DNA of 40,485 nucleotides from a virus (IMGVR_UViG_3300046779_001371:1-40485); one strand, 5' to 3'. Shown: positions 1 to 7,548, counted from the stretch's first letter. Program-made: numbers and translations. Notes: a model not told the origin generated them from the sequence alone.

Positions 1-2
1 AA

Positions 3-527
3 ATGGATAGGGTCTTGACAGGTCCAACTCTCAAGAGTGAGGCACCTGCCGTCGGGTCTATGGACTGGATGGTTCAGGAGAAGAAGAAACAAGAAGCGTT
101 GGAAGATGAAGTTGCTCGTCTAGAGCAGATCGCTGACAACACTGCAAAACTAAACAAGGTAATAGGCCAACTCAAGAGCCGAGTCGGAAAGACTTGGTAT
201 GTGTTCAGTGGCGCTACTCCAGATGGTTGGGACTGTTCAGGTCTGACCATGTGGGCGTATGAACAGCTTGGCATTGTTCTTGAGCATCGTGCGTCAAAAC
301 AGACAGAAGCTGGTGAGGTTGTGGAAACCCCGAAGCTCGGCGACATTGTTGTCTTCACCTACAACGGCAACAAGTCTGCGTACCACGTCGGTATATACAC
401 TGGACCGAATGAGATGGTCCATGCTGGTGGTGGAAAGGGTGAGAGCACGGCTCTTGCTTCAATCAGCAAATTTGCAGGCAAACATAGCAAGGTGACTTAT
501 GTTCGTCTCATCGAAACTAACAATTAG
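3..527 (+). CDS. NlpC/P60 family cell-wall peptidase (possibly 5' partial)
   Basis: YVFSGATPDGWDCSGL (catalytic Cys), GDIVVF, HVGIY and MVHA motifs; N-terminal coiled coil. Confidence 0.9.
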   Translation: MDRVLTGPTLKSEAPAVGSMDWMVQEKKKQEALEDEVARLEQIADNTAKLNKVIGQLKSRVGKTWYVFSGATPDGWDCSGLTMWAYEQLGIVLEHRASKQTEAGEVVETPKLGDIVVFTYNGNKSAYHVGIYTGPNEMVHAGGGKGESTALASISKFAGKHSKVTYVRLIETNN

Positions 528-535
528 CTAATAAA

Positions 536-577
536 GCAAAAAGCCCGTCCTCTTCTAGAGGGCGGGTTTTGCATTTT
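536..577. terminator. Intrinsic (probably bidirectional) terminator
   Basis: GCAAAAAGCCCGTCCTCT-TCT-AGAGGGCGGGTTTTGC hairpin flanked by A and T tracts after the NlpC stop. Confidence 0.8.
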
Positions 578-606
578 CCGGGCTCTCTTTCCGTTAGGAT
601 AGGAGC

Positions 607-951
607 ATGAGTCAATTGATTGAACATGCCAAGAGAGAGCTTGAACTTGTTGGTGAAGAACCGAAAGTTATTGAGTGGTATCTGAAAGTTGTTGGGACCT
701 TTGCCGAGTTTGGGCACTCTGGGTTTAGCGCCGAGCACACCCTTGAAGTCCTTGAGCAACTGCTTCGGTATAAGAACCTAACACCCCTAACGGACGACCC
801 TCGTGAGTGGGTTGACGTATCTAGCTACTTTGAGGGTAAAGAGATCTGGCAGAGCGTTCGTAACTCCGAGGCTTTCTCTGCAGATGGTGGGAAGACTTAC
901 TCTATCCTTTCGGAGGCTGGCTATATCAGCCATAACACTCTGAAGAAGTAG
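607..951 (+). CDS. Conserved phage hypothetical protein (paralogue of 7535..7927)
   Basis: HAKRELELV...GHSGFSA...LTPLTDDPREW...WQSVRN..FSADGGKTY; TAGGAT -10 six nt before ATG. Confidence 0.75.
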   Translation: MSQLIEHAKRELELVGEEPKVIEWYLKVVGTFAEFGHSGFSAEHTLEVLEQLLRYKNLTPLTDDPREWVDVSSYFEGKEIWQSVRNSEAFSADGGKTYSILSEAGYISHNTLKK

Positions 952-1067
952 TGTCGAAGTTTGGATGGTGCCTAACAGGGCATCATGAGATGTGTATCAA
1001 AGAGTTCCCCGAGCATCTCTGCTCATGCGAGTGCCACGCTACTGACGCGGAGAAATCTCTGTCATAG
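951..1067 (+). CDS. Small Cys/His-rich (metal-binding) protein, 38 aa, not in ORF track
   Basis: GTG overlapping upstream TAG; MSKFGWCLTGHHEMCIKEFPEHLCSCECHATDAEKSLS. Confidence 0.55.
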   Translation: MSKFGWCLTGHHEMCIKEFPEHLCSCECHATDAEKSLS

Positions 1068-1590
1068 ATCTAAGACCAGATGCTGGAACATTCCAACGAC
1101 GGTAGTTAGTAGAAGAAGTCTCATACTCTGGTTTCATGCAATCTCTTCCCCATATCCAGCCAATGGCTATGTAAGGGGGAGACGCGTACTCTTTAGATGG
1201 CATGCGTTGTGCTTTCTTCTCTAAGCCGCCAACTAGCAAAACATACGCGTTATCTGGATTATCTCTTTCAGTAAACCTAAGTGTTGGTTCTACACCCTCT
1301 TTTTTACCAATGGTGAAGAAGTATCTAATTTCAAATGGTGGAACATCTTCTTCAGTTTTCCATTTATTGACGTGTGGAGTGAAGTCAGTAAGACCCATCA
1401 TCCTTGCAAATGCAAGTTCAGAACCAGCAGCGACAGAGTGCTGCCACATCTCCCACACGTCTCCCTCTGCATAATTGACGTTATGAGTAGGGTTTCCAAG
1501 GTAAGGCTTCTGGCGTTCATAGCCTATTCGAGCGCATTCGCCCTCCTCCATTGGAGTAAGGCTGTATGTCCATCTGTCGTTAGGTGTCAT
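1039..1590 (-). CDS. Phage hypothetical protein, possible PD-(D/E)XK-like fold
   Basis: 183 aa; AAGSELAFARMMG...EDVPPFEIR...YVLLVG...GWIWG resembles common phage nuclease-like proteins. Confidence 0.55.
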   Translation of the reverse strand: MTPNDRWTYSLTPMEEGECARIGYERQKPYLGNPTHNVNYAEGDVWEMWQHSVAAGSELAFARMMGLTDFTPHVNKWKTEEDVPPFEIRYFFTIGKKEGVEPTLRFTERDNPDNAYVLLVGGLEKKAQRMPSKEYASPPYIAIGWIWGRDCMKPEYETSSTNYRRWNVPASGLRSMTEISPRQ

Positions 1591-1609
1591 TTTCCGGGCT
1601 CCCGTTCCG

Positions 1610-1771
1610 TTATTCAGAGCGTGCGACGGAAATGCGTTTGTGACAGTGAATGCAGGAGGTGTAGGTAAGTCCAGTGTAGGGGCAAGAGGCTGAGTCTGTT
1701 TCTGGGTGTTTGCAGGTCAGTGCTCGGTAGTGCCAAACAACTACATGTGCTAAGTGCCTGAGGATTCTCAT
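1610..1771 (-). CDS. Small zinc-binding protein, 53 aa, not in ORF track
   Basis: MRILRHLAHVVVWHYRALTCKHPETDSASCPYTGLTYTSCIHCHKRISVARSE; TAGACT -10 six nt before ATG. Confidence 0.65.
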   Translation of the reverse strand: MRILRHLAHVVVWHYRALTCKHPETDSASCPYTGLTYTSCIHCHKRISVARSE

Positions 1772-1784
1772 ATCCTCAGTCTAG

Positions 1785-2192
1785 TTACTTAGTGGCTTCT
1801 CGTCTAGCTTTGAGTGCTTCGAAGTCTTTGACTTTGGTGTCGCCCATGTAGCCCCAAGCGTAGCCACCAGCAATAAGAGCCTCGTTGACAGAAGTTTCTG
1901 CACCATCAAGATAGAGCCAGCCAAGGATGCGACCGTACTTCTCGGAAGAGTCAGGAAGCTCTGTCTTGATCACGATGGTCTTGGCGTTGGCAATAAGTTC
2001 GCCAAGCTTCTTCTTCACCTCAAGACCAAGAGCCTTCTCATACTTGTCAGTGGTGCGTGACTCAGGGGTATCGATACCAGCAAGGCGTACACGCTGCGAG
2101 TAAGAGATGTTGAATCCCAAATCAATGTCGACGTCAATGGTGTCACCATCAACAATACGAGTTACTTTCTTTACGTTGTAATCAAACACCAT
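1785..2192 (-). CDS. Thermonuclease (staphylococcal nuclease, SNase) family protein
   Basis: RIVDGDTIDV, RVRLAGIDTPES, KYGRILG, VNEALIAGGYA motifs. Confidence 0.92.
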   Translation of the reverse strand: MVFDYNVKKVTRIVDGDTIDVDIDLGFNISYSQRVRLAGIDTPESRTTDKYEKALGLEVKKKLGELIANAKTIVIKTELPDSSEKYGRILGWLYLDGAETSVNEALIAGGYAWGYMGDTKVKDFEALKARREATK

Positions 2193-2382
2193 GCACCTCC
2201 AGCTGCATCTTCGCGTATGCGTGGCGGTACGCGTTTATGAACCCACGCTGGTAAGCCTGAAACTCAATGGAGCTAAAGCTCTTGCCCTTGAAGTACCCTC
2301 GAGCTGATTCCATAGCCATAACGCTTAGTGCTTTATGCCTTGGCTCGTTGTAGTACTTCAAGTAAGCAATAAACTTCTTCAC
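2182..2382 (-). CDS. Hypothetical protein
   Basis: 66 aa ORF overlapping both neighbours. Confidence 0.6.
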   Translation of the reverse strand: MKKFIAYLKYYNEPRHKALSVMAMESARGYFKGKSFSSIEFQAYQRGFINAYRHAYAKMQLEVHGV

Positions 2383-2657
2383 TTTGCTTCGTCTTCCACC
2401 TTTGTTCCAGCAGCAGATGTCCCGTTGAGCATGAAGCCCGAGATGACACCTACAAGGAATGAAATAGTTGTTGAGAGGAGGCTAAAGAAAGCCTTGTCGT
2501 TTTCAGACTGAACAGCGCCAAGAGGCTGAGTCACAAAGGTCACCGCGTAGATGATTGCCATAGTTGCCACGAACACGGTCGAAGCAAGCATGATTCCAAC
2601 AATAAAGCGAAGTCGAGTGTTGAGCTCATCTGTTGTGTAGCGGGTCTTCTTACTCAT
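2379..2657 (-). CDS. Two-TM membrane protein
   Basis: Two hydrophobic helices (FIVGIMLASTVFVATMAIIYAVTFV; AFFSLLSTTISFLVGVISGFML); start re-placed at MSKKTR overlapping upstream stop. Confidence 0.7.
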   Translation of the reverse strand: MSKKTRYTTDELNTRLRFIVGIMLASTVFVATMAIIYAVTFVTQPLGAVQSENDKAFFSLLSTTISFLVGVISGFMLNGTSAAGTKVEDEAK

Positions 2658-2904
2658 TCGGGGTGACCGTTTCGGTAGTTGGGGCATTGTTATATTCGGT
2701 ATCTTCATCGTAAAGTGGGGTTCCCTTCATTACGTCCTTGGTACAAATACCAAAGCCTTCGCAGTTTGGAGGTAGGCAGTCAGGGCTTTCCCAGTTGGCT
2801 GGATCTTGACATGGGTAGCGGTAGACCTCTTTGAAGTCATATTTTCCACAGCTGGTTAGAGTGAGGCAAAGCGCTAACGCGCTAATAAGTTTGATTGCTT
2901 TCAC
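2650..2904 (-). CDS. Cys-rich lipoprotein
   Basis: GGAGG RBS plus GTG at 2904; signal peptide with lipobox LTSC; YRYPCQDPANW..DCLPPNC...GIC. Confidence 0.7.
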   Translation of the reverse strand: MKAIKLISALALCLTLTSCGKYDFKEVYRYPCQDPANWESPDCLPPNCEGFGICTKDVMKGTPLYDEDTEYNNAPTTETVTPNE

Positions 2905-2939
2905 AATTCCTCCAGTTTGCCTTTGTCCGAGGCTATAAG

Positions 2940-3009
2940 CCTTACCTACAAGAAGGTAGGTGGCTGGCCCCTGCAGACCAGCCACCGTTTTCCTTCTTGT
3001 CGGGTAAGG
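2940..3009 (-). ncRNA. Unassigned 70-nt three-stem hairpin downstream of tRNA cluster
   Basis: CCTTACC/GGTAAGG (7 bp), ACAAGAAGG/CCTTCTTGT (9 bp), GGTGGCTGGTC/GGCCAGCCACC (11 bp) with internal loops; intergenic. Confidence 0.4.
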
Positions 3010-3061
3010 AAATCTAGTTCTGGTTTTATTGTAAAGGGATTTGAGGAGAGTGATTTTGAAG

Positions 3062-3132
3062 CTCCCCGTCATGGATTCGAACCACGATAACCGCCTCCAA
3101 AGGGCGGCGTCTTGCCGTTAGACGAACGGGGA
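3062..3132 (-). tRNA. tRNA-Gln (UUG)
   Basis: TCCCCGT/ACGGGGA acceptor, CCGCC-CT-TTG-GA-GGCGG anticodon arm, GGTTCGAATCC T-loop; no encoded CCA. Confidence 0.95.
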
Positions 3133-3140
3133 TTGGGGAG

Positions 3141-3215
3141 TGGAGCCCCGAGTCAGGATTGAACTGACGACCTACGCATTACAAGTGCGTTGCTCTACCA
3201 CTGAGCTATCGAGGC
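3141..3215 (-). tRNA. tRNA-Thr (UGU)
   Basis: GCCTCGA/TCGGGGC acceptor, AGCTCAGTGGTAGAGC D arm, ACGCA-CT-TGT-AA-TGCGT anticodon arm, encoded CCA. Confidence 0.95.
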
Positions 3216-3272
3216 AGTGACTCGTTTTCATCGGCGGTGGAGAGTCAGACCACTTCATGGAGTAAAACTTAT

Positions 3273-3401
3273 TTAGTTAGCTGGAACTAGGCGACGCTTT
3301 TCTGGGTCCCACTTCTTAGGGTGCTTCTTGAAAGCTTTGCCATTTTGACGGTCATTGCTTTTGCTTACTGGAGCTGGAGCTCCGCCCTTACCTTTTGCCA
3401 T
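3273..3401 (-). CDS. Small basic peptide, 42 aa, between tRNAs (not in ORF track)
   Basis: GAAGGA RBS; MAKGKGGAPAPVSKSNDRQNGKAFKKHPKKWDPEKRRLVPAN. Confidence 0.6.
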   Translation of the reverse strand: MAKGKGGAPAPVSKSNDRQNGKAFKKHPKKWDPEKRRLVPAN

Positions 3402-3429
3402 TTCATTCCTTCGTTTTATCTACTACTAG

Positions 3430-3504
3430 TTGCGGAGGTGGGATTTGAACCCACGGCCTTCGGATTATGAGCCCGACGAGGTAACCGAACTCCTCTACTC
3501 CGCG
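3430..3504 (-). tRNA. Initiator tRNA-fMet (CAU)
   Basis: C1:A72 mismatch, A11:U24 pair, TCGGG-CTCATAA-TCCGA anticodon arm, GGTTCAAATCC T-loop; no encoded CCA. Confidence 0.93.
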
Positions 3505-4076
3505 ACTTCTATTTTACCACCAGGAACCCACAAGTTGTCTCCAACTTCAAGATTCTCACAGCGAGCCAGCACAAACAATAAGTCGCTCAATCGGTTGAGG
3601 TACTTTGCAGTCAAGATGCTCACACCTTCACCGAACTGATGAATAGCATGCCACGTTGCTCGCTCTGCACGACGAACCACCGTGCGGGCAACATGTAGGT
3701 GAGCGGCGGCTGGAGTTCCACTAGGAAGAACAAAAGAGCGTAGTGGTTGTAGATAGATGTTGCAGTTGTCAATCTCTTCTTCCAAAGAAGCAATCTGCTC
3801 TTGGGTAACACGAAGTGGAGTTACCTTAGGATTGTCGATAACTGGAGTGCAGAGGTCAGCACCAACATCAAACATGTCGTTTTGGATCTTGGTCAATAAT
3901 GCGAGAACTTTCGGGTTTTCAATGACTGACATGGCAACTCCGATGTAGGAGTTGGCTTCGTCGACAGTTGCAAACGCCTCTAGGCGTGGGTCATTCTTAG
4001 AAGTGCGAGACATGTCGCCAAGTGAGGTAGTGCCATCATCACCAGTCTTAGTGTAGATGCGAGTCAGATTGACCAT
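3495..4076 (-). CDS. pduO: ATP:cob(I)alamin adenosyltransferase, PduO type
   Basis: MVNLTRIYTKTGDDGTT, ATVDEANSYIG, FVLPSG, LHVARTVVRRAER, YLNRLSDLLFVLAR; start re-placed at 4076. Confidence 0.95.
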   Translation of the reverse strand: MVNLTRIYTKTGDDGTTSLGDMSRTSKNDPRLEAFATVDEANSYIGVAMSVIENPKVLALLTKIQNDMFDVGADLCTPVIDNPKVTPLRVTQEQIASLEEEIDNCNIYLQPLRSFVLPSGTPAAAHLHVARTVVRRAERATWHAIHQFGEGVSILTAKYLNRLSDLLFVLARCENLEVGDNLWVPGGKIEVAE

Positions 4077-4249
4077 TAGTGTCCTGTCATTGCACGCCAG
4101 ATGTGTAACGTGGCTTGCTGAAAAATGTAGAGTGCAGCAATGTTGACTGCAAGCTGAACCCCTACTTGAATCCAAGGACTTACTGAAGTTGTTTCTTTTA
4201 CAGAGACTTCCTTGAAAATTGTTTTAGTAGGACGAATCAGCGTTTTCAC
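4076..4249 (-). CDS. Small single-TM protein, 57 aa (not in ORF track)
   Basis: GTG overlaps upstream TGA and its TAA overlaps the pduO ATG; ...SPWIQVGVQLAVNIAALYIFQQATLHIWRAMTGH. Confidence 0.6.
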   Translation of the reverse strand: MKTLIRPTKTIFKEVSVKETTSVSPWIQVGVQLAVNIAALYIFQQATLHIWRAMTGH

Positions 4250-4707
4250 GGTAGGGGAACCTCTCCATTATCGGCGAAGACGAGTCCCAAAGAGTCGCCT
4301 GGATTTAGGTAGACCTCATTGATTCCCACTTGAGCCCACCCCCATTCACCCTGTAGGTCAAATGGAAACGGAATCACTTCGCGCTCTTTTACAAGTACTG
4401 CCCAATAGGACTCTGCAGGAGGCATCACTTCACAAGTTTCTACTGAAACATCAGGGAAGCCACCTAGACGACAAAGGATTGCATTGCCATAGTCTTGAGT
4501 ACCTTGGGTACTTAGGTTAGCAGTAGCGAGAAGATCCAAAGCGTTGGTCTTGCCTTCTACGGGGATACAGCTTGTGGTCTTTGCCCCGTTGTTTAGTGGA
4601 CCATAGTCAACATACAAAGTGACGCAATTTGCTTCTTGACTCTGTACGAAAGTGAATCCACCAACAACTAATCCAAGACCAGCCAAAACTAAAAGTATTT
4701 TCTTCAT
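4246..4707 (-). CDS. Secreted/anchored transcobalamin-beta-like (DUF4430 / SCO2322-like) putative cobalamin-binding protein
   Basis: Signal anchor; CVTLYVDYG...ALDLL...GNAILCRLGGFP...CEVMPPAESYWAV...WGWAQVGI...LNPGDSLGLVF pattern; in operon with pduO. Confidence 0.65.
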   Translation of the reverse strand: MKKILLVLAGLGLVVGGFTFVQSQEANCVTLYVDYGPLNNGAKTTSCIPVEGKTNALDLLATANLSTQGTQDYGNAILCRLGGFPDVSVETCEVMPPAESYWAVLVKEREVIPFPFDLQGEWGWAQVGINEVYLNPGDSLGLVFADNGEVPLP

Positions 4708-4726
4708 CGTTTTACTCTATAGGTTT

Positions 4727-4936
4727 TTAGATTGGTTTCCAAATCTTATATCCTGGAAGATATGGATTGTCAGTGTCAGAGCCTCGATAGGTTTGACCAG
4801 TCTCGGTGTCAATAAGGATGTACTTCTCTGGAGCCTTTGTGATGACTGCAAGGTGGATAGCAGACTCTAGCTCTGGAACTGTGTCGCTACTTTGTTCAAT
4901 GTGGTAGGTATGAACTTGAAGTTCTCTGTCACTCAT
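4727..4936 (-). CDS. Hypothetical protein
   Basis: 69 aa, ATGA overlap with upstream gene; TKAPEKYILIDTETGQTYRG. Confidence 0.65.
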   Translation of the reverse strand: MSDRELQVHTYHIEQSSDTVPELESAIHLAVITKAPEKYILIDTETGQTYRGSDTDNPYLPGYKIWKPI

Positions 4937-5382
4937 CGTTCTTTGATCCGCTCGATGAGTTCGGTGGAAGAAAAGTTGTGCTTACGAGAGTTGTAGTAAA
5001 TCTCGATATCGTGGGCTAGACAGTAATCACGACCAGTAAAGTCTTTACCTGCATAATCTTCACCGATAATTCTGATATCAATGTGAAGAGTCTTGAGCAG
5101 GTCTAGTAAGTCATCTTCTGTCTCATAGACAACAACTTCATCAATGTATTTGACTGCCTTGAGCTGAATCTGACGCTCGATGAGAGATTGCACTGGACGA
5201 CGCTTATTTGGTCTATCAATACTTGGGTCAGCTTGTAGAGCAACAATAAGGTAGTCGCATACGCTCTTTGCCTCTTCAAGCATGAGAATATGACCTGCAT
5301 GTAGTAAATCAAAACATGATGCTGTAAAGCCAACCTTTGCTGGGTTGAATAGGCGTTCTAGTTCTTTGAGTGCTGAGTCCAT
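4933..5382 (-). CDS. Cytidylyltransferase (TagD/RfaE-like, HxGH nucleotidyltransferase)
   Basis: CFDLLHAGH, CDYLIVAL, KYIDEVVVY, HNFSSTELIERI. Confidence 0.92.
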   Translation of the reverse strand: MDSALKELERLFNPAKVGFTASCFDLLHAGHILMLEEAKSVCDYLIVALQADPSIDRPNKRRPVQSLIERQIQLKAVKYIDEVVVYETEDDLLDLLKTLHIDIRIIGEDYAGKDFTGRDYCLAHDIEIYYNSRKHNFSSTELIERIKER

Positions 5383-6128
5383 TAGTCCAGTGCTGCTTCC
5401 TTGATTTTGCGAAGAATGATTTCGTTGGTACGAGAACGCTTGAATGTTTTGTAACGATGCTCGATGGATTTGAAACGCCCAAAGATGAGTTTGGTGTCCG
5501 CAACGCTTTCTGCAATTTTGTATATCTCTGGTGTCAGCTCGAATCTCTTGAGCACTACCTTCTTATCCGTATTGAAGCGTGCATACATAACTGGCTCTTC
5601 TGGAAGATGAAAACGGTCTTGTTTCTCCCAAAGTTGCATTTCGACGTGAACTGGACGGAACCACTTAGAAATGTCAAACGCTCCTGGAACAATAGCTCCG
5701 TATTTAGAGTGAACCGTGTCATGGATGTATGGAGGAGTAATCTCCATATTGACTGATTCTTCAGAGAAGAAAAGCCACCCAAGTGGAAGCCAAAGAACTT
5801 TGCGATCTTCAAGGAATGTCATCATTGTGCGACTACCGTGCATCTGATGTTCTTGGACTCCTTGGAACTGACCAGTCTGCTTGTTGAACTCAAACTTGCT
5901 ATCAATCAGATTAGAAAAAGTATAGGTGTTCCTGAATAGCTCTTTGAAAGCAGGGCAGTACAGGATGCTGTTGTTGGCATCTGCTGAAGGAACTTTATTC
6001 TTGCGAAGATTACCAACCACTGGTTCTGGGTCCGCGTAAACCATATTCCAGTCATAGCGTTCTTCCGCTTTGATTGGGTAGTACGGGGACCAGTAAACGA
6101 CTAGTTCGTCTTTATTGTCTTTAGCCAT
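5382..6128 (-). CDS. Conserved phage protein, DUF6065/dUTPase-fold-like
   Basis: YCPAF...WLFFSEESV.MEITPPY...VPGAFDISKWFRP pattern; leaderless promoter. Confidence 0.55.
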   Translation of the reverse strand: MAKDNKDELVVYWSPYYPIKAEERYDWNMVYADPEPVVGNLRKNKVPSADANNSILYCPAFKELFRNTYTFSNLIDSKFEFNKQTGQFQGVQEHQMHGSRTMMTFLEDRKVLWLPLGWLFFSEESVNMEITPPYIHDTVHSKYGAIVPGAFDISKWFRPVHVEMQLWEKQDRFHLPEEPVMYARFNTDKKVVLKRFELTPEIYKIAESVADTKLIFGRFKSIEHRYKTFKRSRTNEIILRKIKEAALD

Positions 6129-6142
6129 ACGTCCATCCTACA

Positions 6143-6724
6143 TTAGAAGAGGACGTAATCCTGAAGTTCGGCATCAAAGATAGGGGAAAGGTGGATGGGG
6201 GTCAACCAGTCAAAGTCTTCAGGCAATCCTGTGAGGGCAAAAGTGTCTGCGGTTTTGACCTTTTTGCCTCCGTGCTGGTTGTGAGTCCACTGTCCCTTAT
6301 CGTCCTGAACTGCTAGGTGTTTCATAGCAGTTTCTTTTGAGGCAACATACATCTCTAAGCGGTCTGGGTAGAAAGCCATGAAGAGGATGTACTCATAATC
6401 TTGGGTCTGACGAATCTGCTGCCACTTGAACTTGTTGGTCACATCCCAAAGGAATGAGCCTTTGATTTCTACTTTGTGTCCATTTATCGTTCTATCCCAA
6501 TCAGAATTGCCTGATCGCTCAACGTGCTGGTTGTAATACTTGAGAACATCTTCGGCTACTGATTCCATCTTTGCGCCCTTCTTTCGAGAGGACAAACGCT
6601 TGAGTGGAAGGAACGGAGAATTGATGTATGGGTCTTTGTGCAGGTAAGTGAGGAGCTTCCTTAGAGTGGAAAGCTCTGCTACATCTTCTGCCTTGAGGGC
6701 CACGTCATTTAGTCTATCTATCAT
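6143..6724 (-). CDS. PD-(D/E)XK restriction-endonuclease-like protein
   Basis: KGAKME...SDWDRTINGHKVEIKGS...FKWQQIRQTQDYEYILF. Confidence 0.7.
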   Translation of the reverse strand: MIDRLNDVALKAEDVAELSTLRKLLTYLHKDPYINSPFLPLKRLSSRKKGAKMESVAEDVLKYYNQHVERSGNSDWDRTINGHKVEIKGSFLWDVTNKFKWQQIRQTQDYEYILFMAFYPDRLEMYVASKETAMKHLAVQDDKGQWTHNQHGGKKVKTADTFALTGLPEDFDWLTPIHLSPIFDAELQDYVLF

Positions 6725-6813
6725 ATAAAGAACCTAATTTGAAAAAAGAACACATAAAGGTTTAGACACGCCCAAGCGCATCAATTCCTAAAATCAACGA
6801 TAGTCTTGTTTTT

Positions 6814-7548
6814 GTGATTTATGAATGGAAACTTGATAACGAGAGTCGAAACTTTGGTGACGCACTCCCAGAGGCGATGACTCCGCCTGATATTTATCAG
6901 GACTGGGCAGATGACCCAGAGGTCATGTACTTCCCTATTGGCAGTGTTATATGTAATGACATTATTGCCGAAACTTTATACAACGGCTACAAGCCTGTAT
7001 TTATCGGATGTGGGTGGAGAGGTGAAGAGCTAGACCCTGCATTGGTCATCCACTGTGAGTTCTACGGCGCTCGCGGTCCACATACTCAGGCAGAACTTGC
7101 ACGTCACGGTATAGAGGTTGAAGTTGTTGGAGATCCTGCCTACATGCTCCCTCAGATTTTTGCCAAGTCAGCTCCGAATGGTTTGGCTATGGTAATTAGA
7201 CATGTACTAGATGAGTCTGATTACACCCCAAATACTATTCACGAATACGGGGCTGATGCCGTCTTTAGCCCTGTTGTCCATGATGAAGGCGACATTATTG
7301 CTGTCATTGAAAAGATTTCTGGTGCTCGCTTTGTTCTTGCAGGATCTATGCATGCTGCCATTGTTGCGCATGCATACGATGTACCATTTGCCCTACTAGA
7401 TGGTCCTTATATTGACTGCCTGCCGAAGTGGTATGACTGGTTTGCTTCGGTAAACTTAGGAGAACCAGAATTTGTCTCCAACATTGTTGAGGGACGAAAG
7501 TGGTATAACGAGAAATTTAGAGATAGGAAACCTAATGGAACTAACTAA
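6814..7548 (+). CDS. Polysaccharide pyruvyltransferase family protein
   Basis: NFGDAL, IGSVI, ARGPHT, GDPAYML, SMHAAIVAHAYDVP. Confidence 0.85.
   Translation: MIYEWKLDNESRNFGDALPEAMTPPDIYQDWADDPEVMYFPIGSVICNDIIAETLYNGYKPVFIGCGWRGEELDPALVIHCEFYGARGPHTQAELARHGIEVEVVGDPAYMLPQIFAKSAPNGLAMVIRHVLDESDYTPNTIHEYGADAVFSPVVHDEGDIIAVIEKISGARFVLAGSMHAAIVAHAYDVPFALLDGPYIDCLPKWYDWFASVNLGEPEFVSNIVEGRKWYNEKFRDRKPNGTN

Noticed and set aside
3216-3262. Possible hammerhead ribozyme between tRNA-Thr and the basic peptide
   Set aside because: Has CTGA and GAAA fragments but not the CUGANGA core with three supporting stems.
3430-3639. ORF 3430..3639 (+) and the extended N-termini of 2650..3072 and 3495..4175
   Set aside because: The first is antisense to tRNA-fMet/pduO. 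The extensions run through a hairpin/tRNA or another coupled ORF, and better starts exist at 2904 and 4076.
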